This document shows positions 7,265 through 18,116 of a stretch of DNA of 64,000 bases, in pieces. Location of the stretch: sequence record DRR723986_3475. The stretch is one strand, 5' to 3'. The number at the start of each line of letters is the position of its first letter. Positions within the stretch are counted from its first letter, which is position 1. The notes beneath the pieces are model-generated. The model saw nothing but the letters and a program-made list of their open reading frames with translations, was not told where the DNA came from and searched no databases. A program made the position numbers and the translations under genes.

Positions 7265-9121
7265 TTAGATTACCTGTTGGATTTCACAAAGAGACTTGTA
7301 GTATCCGTTTTGAGCAATGAGTTCTTGATGCGTACCTTGTTCGACAATCACACCTTTCTTTAATACGATTATCACATCTGCATTTCGAATGGTGCTTAAG
7401 CGGTGTGCAATAACCAATGAAGTTCTGTTCTTCATCACATTATCCAATGCACCTTGCACGAGTTTTTCAGATTCTGTGTCCAACGCTGAGGTGGCCTCAT
7501 CCAAAATCATGATCGGTGAATTCGCTAAAACGGCCCTGGCAATACTAATTCGTTGCTTTTGACCACCAGATAGTTTATTACCCCTATCACCAATGTTAGT
7601 GTGATAAGATTCTTCCGTAGCGGAAATAAAATCATGAGCATTCGCCACTTTTGCAGCTTGCTCAATTTCTTCTAATGTGGCGTCTGGTTTACCAAAGGCT
7701 ATATTGTTGGCAATTGTGTCGTTAAAAAGAATAGATTCTTGCGTAACAACAGAAATCAATTTTCTAACACTTTCTTTTTTAAGTGATTTTACATCCTTGC
7801 CGTCTAGTAATACTGCCCCGTCTTGCACATCATGAAAGCGAGGAATCAAATCTGAAATGGTAGATTTTCCCGAGCCCGATTCTCCGACCAATGCCACCGT
7901 TTGGCCCTTCTTAATTTCGAAAGATATACCATTCAGAACGTCTTCGTCAGTATATGCAAATCGAACATTATCAAATTTCAACGATTCATTGAAATCTGCA
8001 ATTTCGTTCGCATTTTCCGAGTCTTTAATGGTATCCTCTAAATCTAATATGCCGTTAATCCTGTCCATAGAGGCAGAGGCTTTGCTCATGAACGCCATTC
8101 CACTTGCAAAACCACTTACTGGTCTCATCAATTGTGAGAATACAATAATAAAGGTCATGAATTCATCACTAGTCATTTGACCCGCAATAGGATCTTCTGT
8201 TAAAATTATCCTTCCTCCAAAATATACAATAGATACCAAAACGCAGGCTCCTAAAAATTCATTCAATGGAGACGCCATATCTCGCTTTCTAAAGGTTCTC
8301 GTAATTATTTTTTGATGGTGGTTGTTCTCTTTTGAGAATCGTTTCAATGCCAACTTCTCTGCAGTAAAGGCTTTGATAATTCTTACACCTCCTAATGTTT
8401 CTTCAATGATGGATAAAAGATTTCCCATCTGTTTTTGTCCCTTTGCAGATGTCCGTTTTAAGCTTTTTCCAATTCTAGAAATCGCCAATGCAGATAAAGG
8501 CAATAAAATGAGTGAGAACAAAGTGAGTTCCATACTCCAAGAAAACAAGATGATTAGATGCAGAATGATAGATAAGGGCTCTCTAAATAGCATATCGATT
8601 GCAAAAACTACTGCAATTTCAATCTCATTCAAATCGGAAGTCATTCTAGATAAAAGATCTCCCTTTTTCTCCTCAGAATAGTAAGATAGTGGCAAATGAA
8701 TGGATTTGTGAAAGAGTTGCTCCCTCAAGTCACGAACCACGGCCATTCTCATATACGACTTAAAGTAAATCGCTGCATACCTAAAGAAGTTTTTTAGGAA
8801 AAACGCGGCTAAAACAGTAATACAAATAAATGCCAAGGCACCTACTTTTCCTCCACCATTGGTAACGATAAAATCAGCCATCCAGTAGTCGTAATACTGC
8901 GAAAAATAATCAAATACACCTTCTTTAGTGGCCCAGTCAGGTCTTGGGATGTTTGCCAGTTCTGTGACTTTTTGATTTGAGAAAATCAACTTTAAAAAAG
9001 GCACAAAAAGCACCAATGAAAGCAAGTTGAAAATGATGAATAAAAAATTGCAGATAATCACCATTATCGCCGTAGAGCGGTGTAAAAATGATAGTCTTAA
9101 TATTTGCAAATAGTCTTTCAC
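7265..9121 (-). CDS. ABC transporter, fused permease/ATPase (MsbA-like exporter)
   Basis: N-terminal TM domain, Walker A GESGSGKS, LSGGQKQR, ILDEATSALD, IAHRLST. GTG at 9121 is preferred because the track's TTG at 9130 lies inside a TACTTTTG -7 box. Confidence 0.9.
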   Translation of the reverse strand: MKDYLQILRLSFLHRSTAIMVIICNFLFIIFNLLSLVLFVPFLKLIFSNQKVTELANIPRPDWATKEGVFDYFSQYYDYWMADFIVTNGGGKVGALAFICITVLAAFFLKNFFRYAAIYFKSYMRMAVVRDLREQLFHKSIHLPLSYYSEEKKGDLLSRMTSDLNEIEIAVVFAIDMLFREPLSIILHLIILFSWSMELTLFSLILLPLSALAISRIGKSLKRTSAKGQKQMGNLLSIIEETLGGVRIIKAFTAEKLALKRFSKENNHHQKIITRTFRKRDMASPLNEFLGACVLVSIVYFGGRIILTEDPIAGQMTSDEFMTFIIVFSQLMRPVSGFASGMAFMSKASASMDRINGILDLEDTIKDSENANEIADFNESLKFDNVRFAYTDEDVLNGISFEIKKGQTVALVGESGSGKSTISDLIPRFHDVQDGAVLLDGKDVKSLKKESVRKLISVVTQESILFNDTIANNIAFGKPDATLEEIEQAAKVANAHDFISATEESYHTNIGDRGNKLSGGQKQRISIARAVLANSPIMILDEATSALDTESEKLVQGALDNVMKNRTSLVIAHRLSTIRNADVIIVLKKGVIVEQGTHQELIAQNGYYKSLCEIQQVI

Positions 9122-9248
9122 AGGCCACAAAAGTAGAACGGATTTTATTAACTACGCGTTTTTTCAGGATTTGTTTTAATTTTTGAAGGAAAATCATCAG
9201 GATAATTTTTAGCTTGAAACTCAGTAGGGCCAAATCAATCAGATATAC

Positions 9249-9256
9249 TATTTTTG
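9249..9256 (+). promoter_or_regulatory. -7 promoter box for the rbfA operon
   Basis: TATTTTTG 30 nt upstream of the rbfA ATG. Confidence 0.45.
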
Positions 9257-9286
9257 TAGGAAATTAAGAATTAGCAAAGAGGAGAA

Positions 9287-9625
9287 ATGGCATCTATTAG
9301 ACAGAAGAAAATTGAAGCAGTACTTAAACAAGAATTGAGTACAATTTTTAGAGAACAAGCACGAACATTGTGTAAAGGCGCTATGGTGTCTGTAACTGTC
9401 GTGAATGTTGCTCCAGATATGTCATTTGCTAAGGTTTATCTTTCAATTTTTGGAGGCGCAGACAATAAAGAAGTTTTCCAAAACATCTCCAATGCTAAAG
9501 GTGAAATCCGATTTGAAATTGGAAAAAGATTAGGAAAGAGTTTTAGAAGGATTCCAGAATTTGCCTTTGCCATAGATGATTCTTTGGATTATGCAGAAGA
9601 AATTGATCGATTGCTGAAAGATTAA
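9287..9625 (+). CDS. rbfA: 30S ribosome-binding factor A
   Basis: RQKKI...VSVTVVNVAPDMSFAKVYLS...RRIPEFAFAIDDSLDYA; 112 aa. Confidence 0.95.
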   Translation: MASIRQKKIEAVLKQELSTIFREQARTLCKGAMVSVTVVNVAPDMSFAKVYLSIFGGADNKEVFQNISNAKGEIRFEIGKRLGKSFRRIPEFAFAIDDSLDYAEEIDRLLKD

Positions 9626-10839
9626 TGAATTCGTCTTTTTTCATAGCGAAGAGATACCTTTTTTCAAAAAAGTCCAACAATGTAATCAACATCATATCGG
9701 CAGTTTCTGTGATCGGCATCATGATTTCAACTGCTGCACTTGTCATTGTTTTATCTGCATTTAACGGGATAGAAAATCTGGTGGTGAACATGTTCAGTTC
9801 GTTTGAGCCTGACATTAAAATTGAATCCATCAAATCCAAATCATTTGATCAAGACTATATTCCAGAAAGTATCTATCAGTTTGACGATTTAGTTGCCCAT
9901 TCTAAAGTAATTGAAGAAATCGCTATCATTAAAAATGATGAGAAATTCGTGATTGGAACAATTAAGGGGGTTGAAAAATCATTCTTAAAAATGGTGGATA
10001 TGGATGGTCATTTGCTGGATGGTCAATCCTCAATTGATTATAATGGTAAACCAAGTGGAATAGTTGGGGTCATTGCTCTTGAAAATTTGGGAGGATATAT
10101 TTATGAGTCTGATTTCTCACCCGAGAATTTCACCATTTACTCGCCCAATCGAAACGAAAAAATTAGCAGAAGAAATCTAGAAGCCTTTACTACTTCGGTA
10201 ATTCCGATAGTTGGTACATTTTCTTTCAATAATCAAGTTGATCAGGATTTTTTAGTGCTGCCGCTTGATTATGCTGCCGAAATTTTAGATTATTCAGATG
10301 AGATCACCGGCCTAGAATTAGATTTTGTTGAGGGAACTGATTTAGACAATAAAAAAGCGCAAATTCAGAAAATTATTGGACCCAGCTTTGAAGTGAAAAC
10401 GAATTATGAGCAAAATGAGCTCATATACCAAACGAGTAAAAGTGAAAAGTGGATTACTACTTTGCTCCTAGCTTTTATATTTTTCTTAGCAACATTTAAT
10501 ATGGTGGCTTCGATTACCATGCTCGTCATTGAGAAAAAAGATAATATGCGCACCTTACATGCAATTGGAGGTAAAGAGCAACAGCTTCAAAACGTATTTT
10601 TCTATGTAGGATCATTAATTAATGGACTTGGACTAATCCTTGGATTAATAGTTGGGTATGCAATTTGCTTATTGCAACAACAAGTTGGTTTGATTAGTAT
10701 GCAGGGAGGAGTGGTAGAATATTTTCCAATTTACTTCAAATTGAACGACCTTTTTGTAATTTTAGGAATCACAATCATATTTGGATTGTTGGCAGCCTAC
10801 TTACCCAGTAAATTTTTAATTAAAAGAATATTAAAATGA
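9625..10839 (+). CDS. ABC transporter permease, LolC/E / FtsX-MacB family
   Basis: FIAKRYLFSKK start, VLSAFNG, periplasmic domain, MLVIEKK and C-terminal TM helices; coupled to rbfA by TAATG. Confidence 0.85.
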   Translation: MNSSFFIAKRYLFSKKSNNVINIISAVSVIGIMISTAALVIVLSAFNGIENLVVNMFSSFEPDIKIESIKSKSFDQDYIPESIYQFDDLVAHSKVIEEIAIIKNDEKFVIGTIKGVEKSFLKMVDMDGHLLDGQSSIDYNGKPSGIVGVIALENLGGYIYESDFSPENFTIYSPNRNEKISRRNLEAFTTSVIPIVGTFSFNNQVDQDFLVLPLDYAAEILDYSDEITGLELDFVEGTDLDNKKAQIQKIIGPSFEVKTNYEQNELIYQTSKSEKWITTLLLAFIFFLATFNMVASITMLVIEKKDNMRTLHAIGGKEQQLQNVFFYVGSLINGLGLILGLIVGYAICLLQQQVGLISMQGGVVEYFPIYFKLNDLFVILGITIIFGLLAAYLPSKFLIKRILK

Positions 10840-12866
10840 ACAGATTAATTATCCTTTCAACTTTATTGTTGACAAGTTTATACAGTGTCGCACAAGATAG
10901 AATGACGCCCGAGTTATTGTGGGATTTAAAACGAGTGGGTGCAGCTCACGTTTCACCAGATGGAGTTAGGATGTTTTATAGCGTTCGTGAATATGACTTG
11001 AAAACCAATAAGTCTAAATCAGATTTATTTGTAGGAGATATAAACGGAAATCCGGCAAAACAAATTACCCGAACTCCTGCTACCGAAGCAGATGCGCAAT
11101 GGTCTAATGATGGTCAAAAAATTTTTTATTTGTCAGATTCTGATAAAGGAATGAACGTGTTCGAAATGTCTTGGAGCGGAAGAGATGCCAAACAGATTTC
11201 TTTTATCGAAGGCGGTATCAACGGCTTTAAAATTTCTGCTGACGGAACAAAAATGTTGTACATCAAAGATGTGAAAATGAATAAGGTCACCGCTAAAGAA
11301 TTACACGAAGATTTAGATCAGTCAAATGTAAGAGTCTATGACGATTTAATGTATCGACACTGGGGGTCTTGGGAAGATGGAAAAAGGTCTCACATTTTTG
11401 TTGCCGATATCGTAGACGGTAAAGTTGATGGAGAAGGCAAAGATATTATGGCTTTAGAAGATTATGACGCGCCTTTGATGCCTTTTGGCGGAATGGAGCA
11501 AATTACTTTTTCACCGGATAGCAAGTCTATTGTTTATGTGTGCAAAAAGAAAGTGGGTAAAGAATATGCGGTTAGCACCAATTCTGATTTATACAGTTAT
11601 GATATCGCTACCGGTAAAACAAGAAATCTTACCACTGGAATGATGGGCTATGATAATGAACCTGCTTTTTCTGCAGATGGAAAGAAACTGGCATGGCTAA
11701 GCATGGAGAAAGATGGTTTTGAGGCCGATAAAAATGACATAATTGTAATGGATTTTGCCAGCGGAACAAAAACCAACTTGACCAAAGAAATGGATATGAC
11801 AGTTGCTGGTTTTATCTGGGGAAAAGATGCTTCAACCATTTATTATAAATCAGTTACAGAAGCTACATACCAATTATACGCTTTAGATGTTGCCACCAAA
11901 AAAAGTCGACAAATCACAGAAGGGATTCACAATTTTACTTCTTTCTCACTTGCGGGAGACAAGTTAATAGCGGGAAAACAATCTATGAACCATCCGACAG
12001 ATTTATATTCGGTTAACATTAAATCAGGTGAAGAAAAACAGTTGACAAATGCCAATAAGGCCATTTATGACAAATTGAAAATTGGAAAAATTGAAAAGAG
12101 ATGGGTAGCAACTACGGATGGTAAAAAAGAACTGGTTTGGGTGATTTATCCACCTGACTTCGATCCGGCTAAAAAATACCCGGCCCTATTGTATTGCCAA
12201 GGTGGACCACAATCAGCCGTATCACAATTCTTCTCATACCGTTGGAATTTTCAATTAATGGCAGCGAACGATTACATTATTGTTGCTCCAAATAGAAGAG
12301 GATTACCAGGTTTTGGCCAAAAATGGAATGACGACATTTCAGGCGATTGGGGTGGACAACCTATGGATGATTATTTATCTGCCATTGATGAAATTAAAAA
12401 AGAGCCGTATATAGATGAAGAGCGAATTGGCGCTATCGGCGCTTCTTATGGTGGGTATTCAGTTTATTATTTAGCCGGTATCCATGAAAATAGATTTAAA
12501 ACCTTTATTTCTCATTGTGGTTTATATAATCTAGAAAGCTGGTACGGAACAACTGAAGAACTGTTCTTTGCTAATGAAGATATCGGGGGGCCTTATTATG
12601 GGGAAAAAATTCCTGAAGGATATATCAAAAATTCACCTCACCGAATGGCGCATAAATGGAATACGCCAATGCTTATATTCCACGGTGAAAAAGATTTTAG
12701 AGTTCCTTTAAATCAAGGAATGGAAGCTTTCCAAGCATTACAATTACAAGACATTGAAAGTCGATTGGTGACCTTCCCAACTGAAAATCACTGGGTGCTT
12801 TCACCACAGAATGGAGTCTTCTGGCACAGAGAGTTTTATGGCTGGTTAGATAAGTACTTGAAGTAG
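10836..12866 (+). CDS. S9-family (prolyl oligopeptidase / dipeptidyl-peptidase 5-like) serine peptidase
   Basis: Signal peptide, PD40-like propeller repeats, CQGGPQ, GASYGG nucleophile, GEKDFRV, ENHWV. Confidence 0.92.
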   Translation: MNRLIILSTLLLTSLYSVAQDRMTPELLWDLKRVGAAHVSPDGVRMFYSVREYDLKTNKSKSDLFVGDINGNPAKQITRTPATEADAQWSNDGQKIFYLSDSDKGMNVFEMSWSGRDAKQISFIEGGINGFKISADGTKMLYIKDVKMNKVTAKELHEDLDQSNVRVYDDLMYRHWGSWEDGKRSHIFVADIVDGKVDGEGKDIMALEDYDAPLMPFGGMEQITFSPDSKSIVYVCKKKVGKEYAVSTNSDLYSYDIATGKTRNLTTGMMGYDNEPAFSADGKKLAWLSMEKDGFEADKNDIIVMDFASGTKTNLTKEMDMTVAGFIWGKDASTIYYKSVTEATYQLYALDVATKKSRQITEGIHNFTSFSLAGDKLIAGKQSMNHPTDLYSVNIKSGEEKQLTNANKAIYDKLKIGKIEKRWVATTDGKKELVWVIYPPDFDPAKKYPALLYCQGGPQSAVSQFFSYRWNFQLMAANDYIIVAPNRRGLPGFGQKWNDDISGDWGGQPMDDYLSAIDEIKKEPYIDEERIGAIGASYGGYSVYYLAGIHENRFKTFISHCGLYNLESWYGTTEELFFANEDIGGPYYGEKIPEGYIKNSPHRMAHKWNTPMLIFHGEKDFRVPLNQGMEAFQALQLQDIESRLVTFPTENHWVLSPQNGVFWHREFYGWLDKYLK

Positions 12867-12893
12867 TTTCTGGAAATCCAACTTGGCCTAATT

Positions 12894-12965
12894 ATTCGAA
12901 AATCGAAAATCGAATATCGAAACACGCCCTGAGCGAAGCTCAGCCGAAGCGAACACAGTGAGCGC
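12894..12965. repeat. AATCGAA heptamer tandem plus a short REP-like hairpin between convergent genes
   Basis: ttcgaaaatcgaaaatcgaatatcgaaa followed by CTGAGC-GAA-GCTCAG. Confidence 0.6.
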
Positions 12966-13654
12966 TAAAACACTTCTTGCACAACACGCTCCTTGTAGCT
13001 CTGCCCAATAGGTATAGATTTATCTAAAATCGCTAGGGAATTTCCTTCTAAGGCCGATACCATAGTTTTATTGATGATATAGGATTTGTGACATCTGATA
13101 AACAGTTCAGAAGGCAAGCTTTCTTCAAGCTTTTTCAATGACATCAAAGCTGTTATTCTTCCTGTTGGTGTGTGAAAAGAAACATATTCTCTTTGTCCTT
13201 CTATGAACCGAATGTCCTTATATTGAACCTTATAAAGTTTGTGATCTGCCTTAATGGTCAGAAAATCTTTTTTAAGCGAAACATCCTTGTTTTCCAATTG
13301 GCCATCATGAATGTCTTTTGCTTTATTGACTGCAGTTAAAAATCGCTCAAATGCAAATGGTTTTAAAAGGTAGTCAACTGCGCTCAGCTCAAATCCTTCA
13401 ATGGCGTAATCTTTATATGCCGTTGTGAAAATAACCAAGGGCGGATGACTGAGTGATTTTACCAAGTCAGTTCCAAGAATTTCGGGCATTTGAATATCAG
13501 TGATGAGCAAGTCAATATCTTGTTCCTGCAACAGATTATTCACTTCAATTCCATTTTTGCAACTCGCTACCAATTCCAAATAAGGAATTTTTGAAACATA
13601 ATTTTCAACTAAGTTTCTAGCAAGCTTTTCGTCATCTGCAATTATACACTTCAT
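12965..13654 (-). CDS. LytTR-family DNA-binding response regulator
   Basis: REC domain (ADDE, TDIQMP, FTTAY, DYLLKPF) plus LytTR domain (FIRCHKSYIIN, IPIGQSY). Confidence 0.95.
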   Translation of the reverse strand: MKCIIADDEKLARNLVENYVSKIPYLELVASCKNGIEVNNLLQEQDIDLLITDIQMPEILGTDLVKSLSHPPLVIFTTAYKDYAIEGFELSAVDYLLKPFAFERFLTAVNKAKDIHDGQLENKDVSLKKDFLTIKADHKLYKVQYKDIRFIEGQREYVSFHTPTGRITALMSLKKLEESLPSELFIRCHKSYIINKTMVSALEGNSLAILDKSIPIGQSYKERVVQEVF

Positions 13655-13655
13655 A

Positions 13656-14672
13656 CTAATTCAATGTTAAGTCCAATAAAACACGATAAGTGTCTACATT
13701 TTGTTGAATCGTCAACTGATGTTTTTGAGGGTAAATAAGCGACAATCTTTTTTTCACGTTCTCCATTCCAACTCCTCCAACACCATCCTTTTTACCAGCT
13801 GTTATTGTTGCGCTATTCGATAAATCAAGTTTCAAATGATTGTCTTGAATGTCAATTTTTATCTTAATCCAGCCAGTTTCTTTATTCTCTACATTAGAGT
13901 GTTTAAAGCTGTTCTCTATAAACGGTAACAATAGCATTGGGGCAATTTGTAGTCCAGACGTATTTTTTGCAATATCCACAGAAATATTGTCATGGTCATC
14001 ATCTTTTAAAAATTGGAGTTCTATGAAGTTTTTAATTTGTTTTAACTCGTCTTCTAAACTCACCCGATCCTTCTCGCTTTCATAAGTTACGAAACGCAAA
14101 ATTTCTGAAAGATTTAAAATGGCATCACCAGTTTTCTCAGAGTTCATTTGTGAAAGCGAATAAATATTATTCATTGAATTAAACAAAAAGTGAGGGTTAA
14201 TTTGGGCCTTTAATGCTTTCGTTTCGGCATGTAACATTTTGTTTTTTAATTCTAAACTTTCTTTATTTTTTCTGCTCAGTTGAAGAGATTTCCAAATCAA
14301 CGCACTAATGATGATTGGAGGAAATGAAGAGACTAATCGACCTATATATACTAAGTGGACTGGTCTGTCTTTAAAATGAGGGACGTCTAATGGAAAATTG
14401 GCGTCCATATAAATATCTAAAGGAGCAAAAACTAAAACATGCCCTATGACCATGGCTGCTAACGTTCCAAAGTAGGCGATTTTATGACCGCGCTCGTATA
14501 AAACACATGATATCCAAACCAAATTGATATAGAATATTACCATTTGTGGAACCACAAAAGTTGCCGTACGGAATACAGAGGTTGGAAGGTCACTTATTTC
14601 AAAGATTACCCAGCTCACAATGGCAAAAAACAATAGCCACGCAATTAAAGAGTATTTTATGTAAGTTTTCAC
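13656..14672 (-). CDS. LytS-type sensor histidine kinase
   Basis: Four N-terminal TM helices, LKAQINPHFLFNSMNNI, PMLLLPFIENSFKH, GGVGMENVKKRL; GTG start. Confidence 0.93.
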   Translation of the reverse strand: MKTYIKYSLIAWLLFFAIVSWVIFEISDLPTSVFRTATFVVPQMVIFYINLVWISCVLYERGHKIAYFGTLAAMVIGHVLVFAPLDIYMDANFPLDVPHFKDRPVHLVYIGRLVSSFPPIIISALIWKSLQLSRKNKESLELKNKMLHAETKALKAQINPHFLFNSMNNIYSLSQMNSEKTGDAILNLSEILRFVTYESEKDRVSLEDELKQIKNFIELQFLKDDDHDNISVDIAKNTSGLQIAPMLLLPFIENSFKHSNVENKETGWIKIKIDIQDNHLKLDLSNSATITAGKKDGVGGVGMENVKKRLSLIYPQKHQLTIQQNVDTYRVLLDLTLN

Positions 14673-14676
14673 GAAT

Positions 14677-14738
14677 CAAAGTTACTGATAAGCTTGAATT
14701 GAGAATTGCTTAATCAACCAATTGGGCATTTTTATCAA
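14677..14738 (-). promoter_or_regulatory. Promoter (-7 TAACTTTG) with a candidate LytTR direct-repeat operator
   Basis: TAACTTTG at 14684-14677; TTGAT repeated at 21-nt spacing (14738-14734 and 14717-14713) on the minus strand. Confidence 0.5.
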
Positions 14739-14935
14739 TCTGCAAGTTTTTCAAAAACTAAATAGGGGTATTTAATTTGGCAAGCGACTTTGTTCCAAAG
14801 TCCGCTATTAATCAATAATTTTTCATTGATAAAATCGTGATTTTTATAGAAATAAAATTGCAGGTCGCTGGATATTAAGCAACTTTGCTGAACATTTAAC
14901 TAAACAATGCGTTTAAATCGTATTAAATATTAAGA

Positions 14936-17314
14936 ATGAATTTATTGAAAACCTTATCGATTCTAGCTGTTTTACTCATGACATCAGTATCGTTTGCCCA
15001 AGATGAGAAGTTTACTTTAAGTGGAACGCTAAAAGATGGTTCTTCAGGTGAAGATCTAATTGGCGCCAGAATTACAGTGAAAGAGCTGCCAGGAACTGGA
15101 GCGATCACAAATGCTTATGGATTCTTTTCTTTGACCTTGCCTGCAGGTAACTACACAATCAATTATAAATCTTTAGGTTTTGAATCCGGTTCTTTTGAAG
15201 TAGAATTAACTGACAATGTTCAAAAAGATATCGAGTTAAAACCTGAAGGTAAGGTGTTAGGAAAAGTAGAGGTGACGGCTGAGAAAGCCAATTCAAACGT
15301 TACATCTGCAGAGATGGGGGTTGATCGCTTGTCAATGTCAGATATCGAGAACATACCCGTTCTTTTTGGTGAAAAAGATCCATTAAAAACCATTCAACTA
15401 CTTCCCGGAGTTAAGTCGGCCGGTGAAGGAAATGCAGGATTCTATGTAAGGGGTGGGGGTTCTGACCAAAACTTAATATTGCTAGATGGTGCACCCGTTT
15501 ATAATGCATCTCACTTGTTGGGGTTCTTTTCTGTTTTCAATTCTGATGCGTTAAAAGATATTAAATTGTACAAAGGTGGTGCTCCAGCTGAGTTTGGTGG
15601 TCGACTTTCTTCTGTACTAGATATTAAAATGAAAGAAGGGAATCAGAAGAAATTTTCTGCCTCTGGTGGTTTAGGGTTGATTTCTTCAAAATTAACACTT
15701 GAAGCACCAATTGTAAAGGATAAAGGGTCGTTTATAATTTCAGGAAGAAGGACCTATGCAGACCTATTCTTAAAGTTGTCTAAAAGAGAAGAAGCAAAGA
15801 ATTCAACCTTGTACTTCTATGATTTAAACGCAAAAGCCAATTATAAAATTGGTAAGAAGGATCGAATTTTCTTATCTGGATATTTTGGGCGAGATAAATT
15901 CGGCTTTGCAGATGCCTTTGGATTTGACTGGGGAAATATAACGGGAACTGCCAGATGGAATCATATTTACGGAGAGAAACAAAAGCTATTTGGTAACACT
16001 TCATTTATTTTTTCAAACTACAATTACAAAATTAAATTTGGAAGTGGAGACCAAACATTTGAAATCGGATCAGAAATACAAGATTTCAATTTAAAAGAGG
16101 ATTTCACTTGGTACATCAACGATAATCACACCTTAAGTTTTGGGGCTAACGTAATTCATCACACATTTAAGCCTGGAGAAATTGAAACGGGTGACGGGAT
16201 TGGTTTTCAATTAAATGATATCGAAAAAAGATATTCAATTGAATCCTCTGCCTATGTTTCAAACGAACATGAAATAGGTAAAAGAATTACCCTGGTTTAT
16301 GGAGTGAGAGGTTCAAATTTCGCGCAGGTCGGACCTGGTGATATTTATTCTTTTGATGTTGATGGAAATGTAACAGATACATCAACCTTCGAAAAATGGG
16401 ATAATATTAAAACTTATTGGGGATTGTCTCCTAGGTTGTCGTCTAGTTTCAGAGTTGATGAGAATAGCTCAATCAAGGCAGGTTATGCAAGAACGTTCCA
16501 GTATTTACATCTGATTTCAAATTCAACAGCATCATCACCTACAGATGTTTGGCTACCATCTTCAATTAATATTAAACCACAAATTGCCGATCAATATTCA
16601 ATTGGTTATTTCAGAAACTTCTTAGATAATCAATTAGAAATGTCTGTCGAGTTTTATTATAAAGATATGCAAAATGTAATCGACTATAGAGATGGTGCTG
16701 AGGTAACACTTAATCCTACAGTTGAAGGAGAACTTTTGTTTGGAATAGGACGAGCATACGGAGCTGAGTTCTTAATTAAAAAACGTAGAGGTAAATTTAC
16801 AGGTTGGATTAGTTATACGCTCTCAAAAACTGAAAAGAAGTTCACAGAACTCAACAATAACAATTGGTATCCTGCAAAACAAGATAGAACCCATGACGTT
16901 TCCATTGTAGCCATCTATAACTTGAACAAGCAACTGACATTCTCAGCAAGTTGGGTATACTATACAGGTAATGCAGTAACCTTCCCATCAGGAAAATACG
17001 AAGTTAATGGGCAGGTGGTGAATTACTATACAGAAAGAAATGGATACAGAATGCCAGACTATCATAGATTAGACTTAGGGTGTACTCTTAAGCATAAAGA
17101 TTATAAAGAGATAAAGGATCCGGATACCGGTGAGATGAAGCAGGTGCCAAAGAAGTGGTTGTCAAGCTGGAACTTCTCAGTGTATAACGCTTATGCTCGT
17201 GAAAATGCCTATTCCATCAATTTTAGAGAGAACGAAGAGACTGGTGAAACAGAAGCAGTTCAGTTAGCACTTTTCAAAATAATTCCTTCAGTTACTTACA
17301 ACTTTAAATTTTAA
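14936..17314 (+). CDS. TonB-dependent receptor with N-terminal carboxypeptidase-regulatory-like domain
   Basis: Signal peptide, TNAYGFFSL, plug (LLPGV...VRGGGSDQNLILLDG...GGRLSSV), beta-barrel ending in YNFKF. Confidence 0.95.
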   Translation: MNLLKTLSILAVLLMTSVSFAQDEKFTLSGTLKDGSSGEDLIGARITVKELPGTGAITNAYGFFSLTLPAGNYTINYKSLGFESGSFEVELTDNVQKDIELKPEGKVLGKVEVTAEKANSNVTSAEMGVDRLSMSDIENIPVLFGEKDPLKTIQLLPGVKSAGEGNAGFYVRGGGSDQNLILLDGAPVYNASHLLGFFSVFNSDALKDIKLYKGGAPAEFGGRLSSVLDIKMKEGNQKKFSASGGLGLISSKLTLEAPIVKDKGSFIISGRRTYADLFLKLSKREEAKNSTLYFYDLNAKANYKIGKKDRIFLSGYFGRDKFGFADAFGFDWGNITGTARWNHIYGEKQKLFGNTSFIFSNYNYKIKFGSGDQTFEIGSEIQDFNLKEDFTWYINDNHTLSFGANVIHHTFKPGEIETGDGIGFQLNDIEKRYSIESSAYVSNEHEIGKRITLVYGVRGSNFAQVGPGDIYSFDVDGNVTDTSTFEKWDNIKTYWGLSPRLSSSFRVDENSSIKAGYARTFQYLHLISNSTASSPTDVWLPSSINIKPQIADQYSIGYFRNFLDNQLEMSVEFYYKDMQNVIDYRDGAEVTLNPTVEGELLFGIGRAYGAEFLIKKRRGKFTGWISYTLSKTEKKFTELNNNNWYPAKQDRTHDVSIVAIYNLNKQLTFSASWVYYTGNAVTFPSGKYEVNGQVVNYYTERNGYRMPDYHRLDLGCTLKHKDYKEIKDPDTGEMKQVPKKWLSSWNFSVYNAYARENAYSINFRENEETGETEAVQLALFKIIPSVTYNFKF

Positions 17315-17318
17315 GACA

Positions 17319-18116
17319 ATGAGAAAAGCAATCATATTCTTCGCGGTAGTCCTTTTTTCATTTTCATGTGAAAAAGTAATTGATATTCCGTTAAACGAAG
17401 CGGATAGAAGAGTAGTCGTTGAGGCTACCCTTTATGATATTCCAAATGAAAGCTGTGTGAAAATTTCTAAAACAGGGTCTGTTTATGATGATTCGGGTTT
17501 TGAGAAAATATCAAACGCAATTGTTACAGTAGTGGATGATTTAGGACAAACGCATACGTTCACTGAAGATCCGGCTAATCCTGGAACATACTTGGATTCA
17601 ACATTTATTGTAATGCCTAATCGAGTGTATAGTTTAACTATAGTTAATGATGGTGAAACCTATACTTCAGTGGCTGAAACTAATTCTACACCAGCTTTAG
17701 ATTCTTTGGATTATCAGATTCAAACGGATGGATTTTTCCAGGAACCGGGCGATACGAATTATTTCACCTTTTATAGTTTTACGGATGTCGCTTCAGAGAC
17801 GAATTATTACCAAGCAATCCCTATTAAAAATGGAGAGCCTTCAGGAACTGATTATATAACAGATGATGCCTTGTTTAATGGGAATAGTTTTAGACAGCCG
17901 TTTTTCGCAGACTCATTTGAGTCAGGGGATACGTTAGACGCCGTTTTACTTTCAATGAACGAAGGAGCATATACTTTTTACTTGTCTTTAGCTGCAAATT
18001 CTGATGGGGGCGGTTTTGCACCAACTCCTGCGAACCCAGTATCAAATATTGAGGGTAATGCAATAGGTTATTTTGGTGCTTTTACTACAGATGTATTAAC
18101 GCTCGTATTTCCCTAA
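17319..18116 (+). CDS. DUF4249-family lipoprotein
   Basis: Lipobox FSC-EKVID; C-terminal NPVSNIEGNAIGYF; directly downstream of the TonB receptor. Confidence 0.85.
   Translation: MRKAIIFFAVVLFSFSCEKVIDIPLNEADRRVVVEATLYDIPNESCVKISKTGSVYDDSGFEKISNAIVTVVDDLGQTHTFTEDPANPGTYLDSTFIVMPNRVYSLTIVNDGETYTSVAETNSTPALDSLDYQIQTDGFFQEPGDTNYFTFYSFTDVASETNYYQAIPIKNGEPSGTDYITDDALFNGNSFRQPFFADSFESGDTLDAVLLSMNEGAYTFYLSLAANSDGGGFAPTPANPVSNIEGNAIGYFGAFTTDVLTLVFP

Noticed and set aside
7857..8681. Antisense ORFs inside the ABC transporter gene, and similar shadow ORFs across murE, murG, ftsA, ftsZ, ugd, gdhA and others
   Set aside because: They lie fully antisense to conserved genes and have no recognisable motifs; expected by-products of codon bias.
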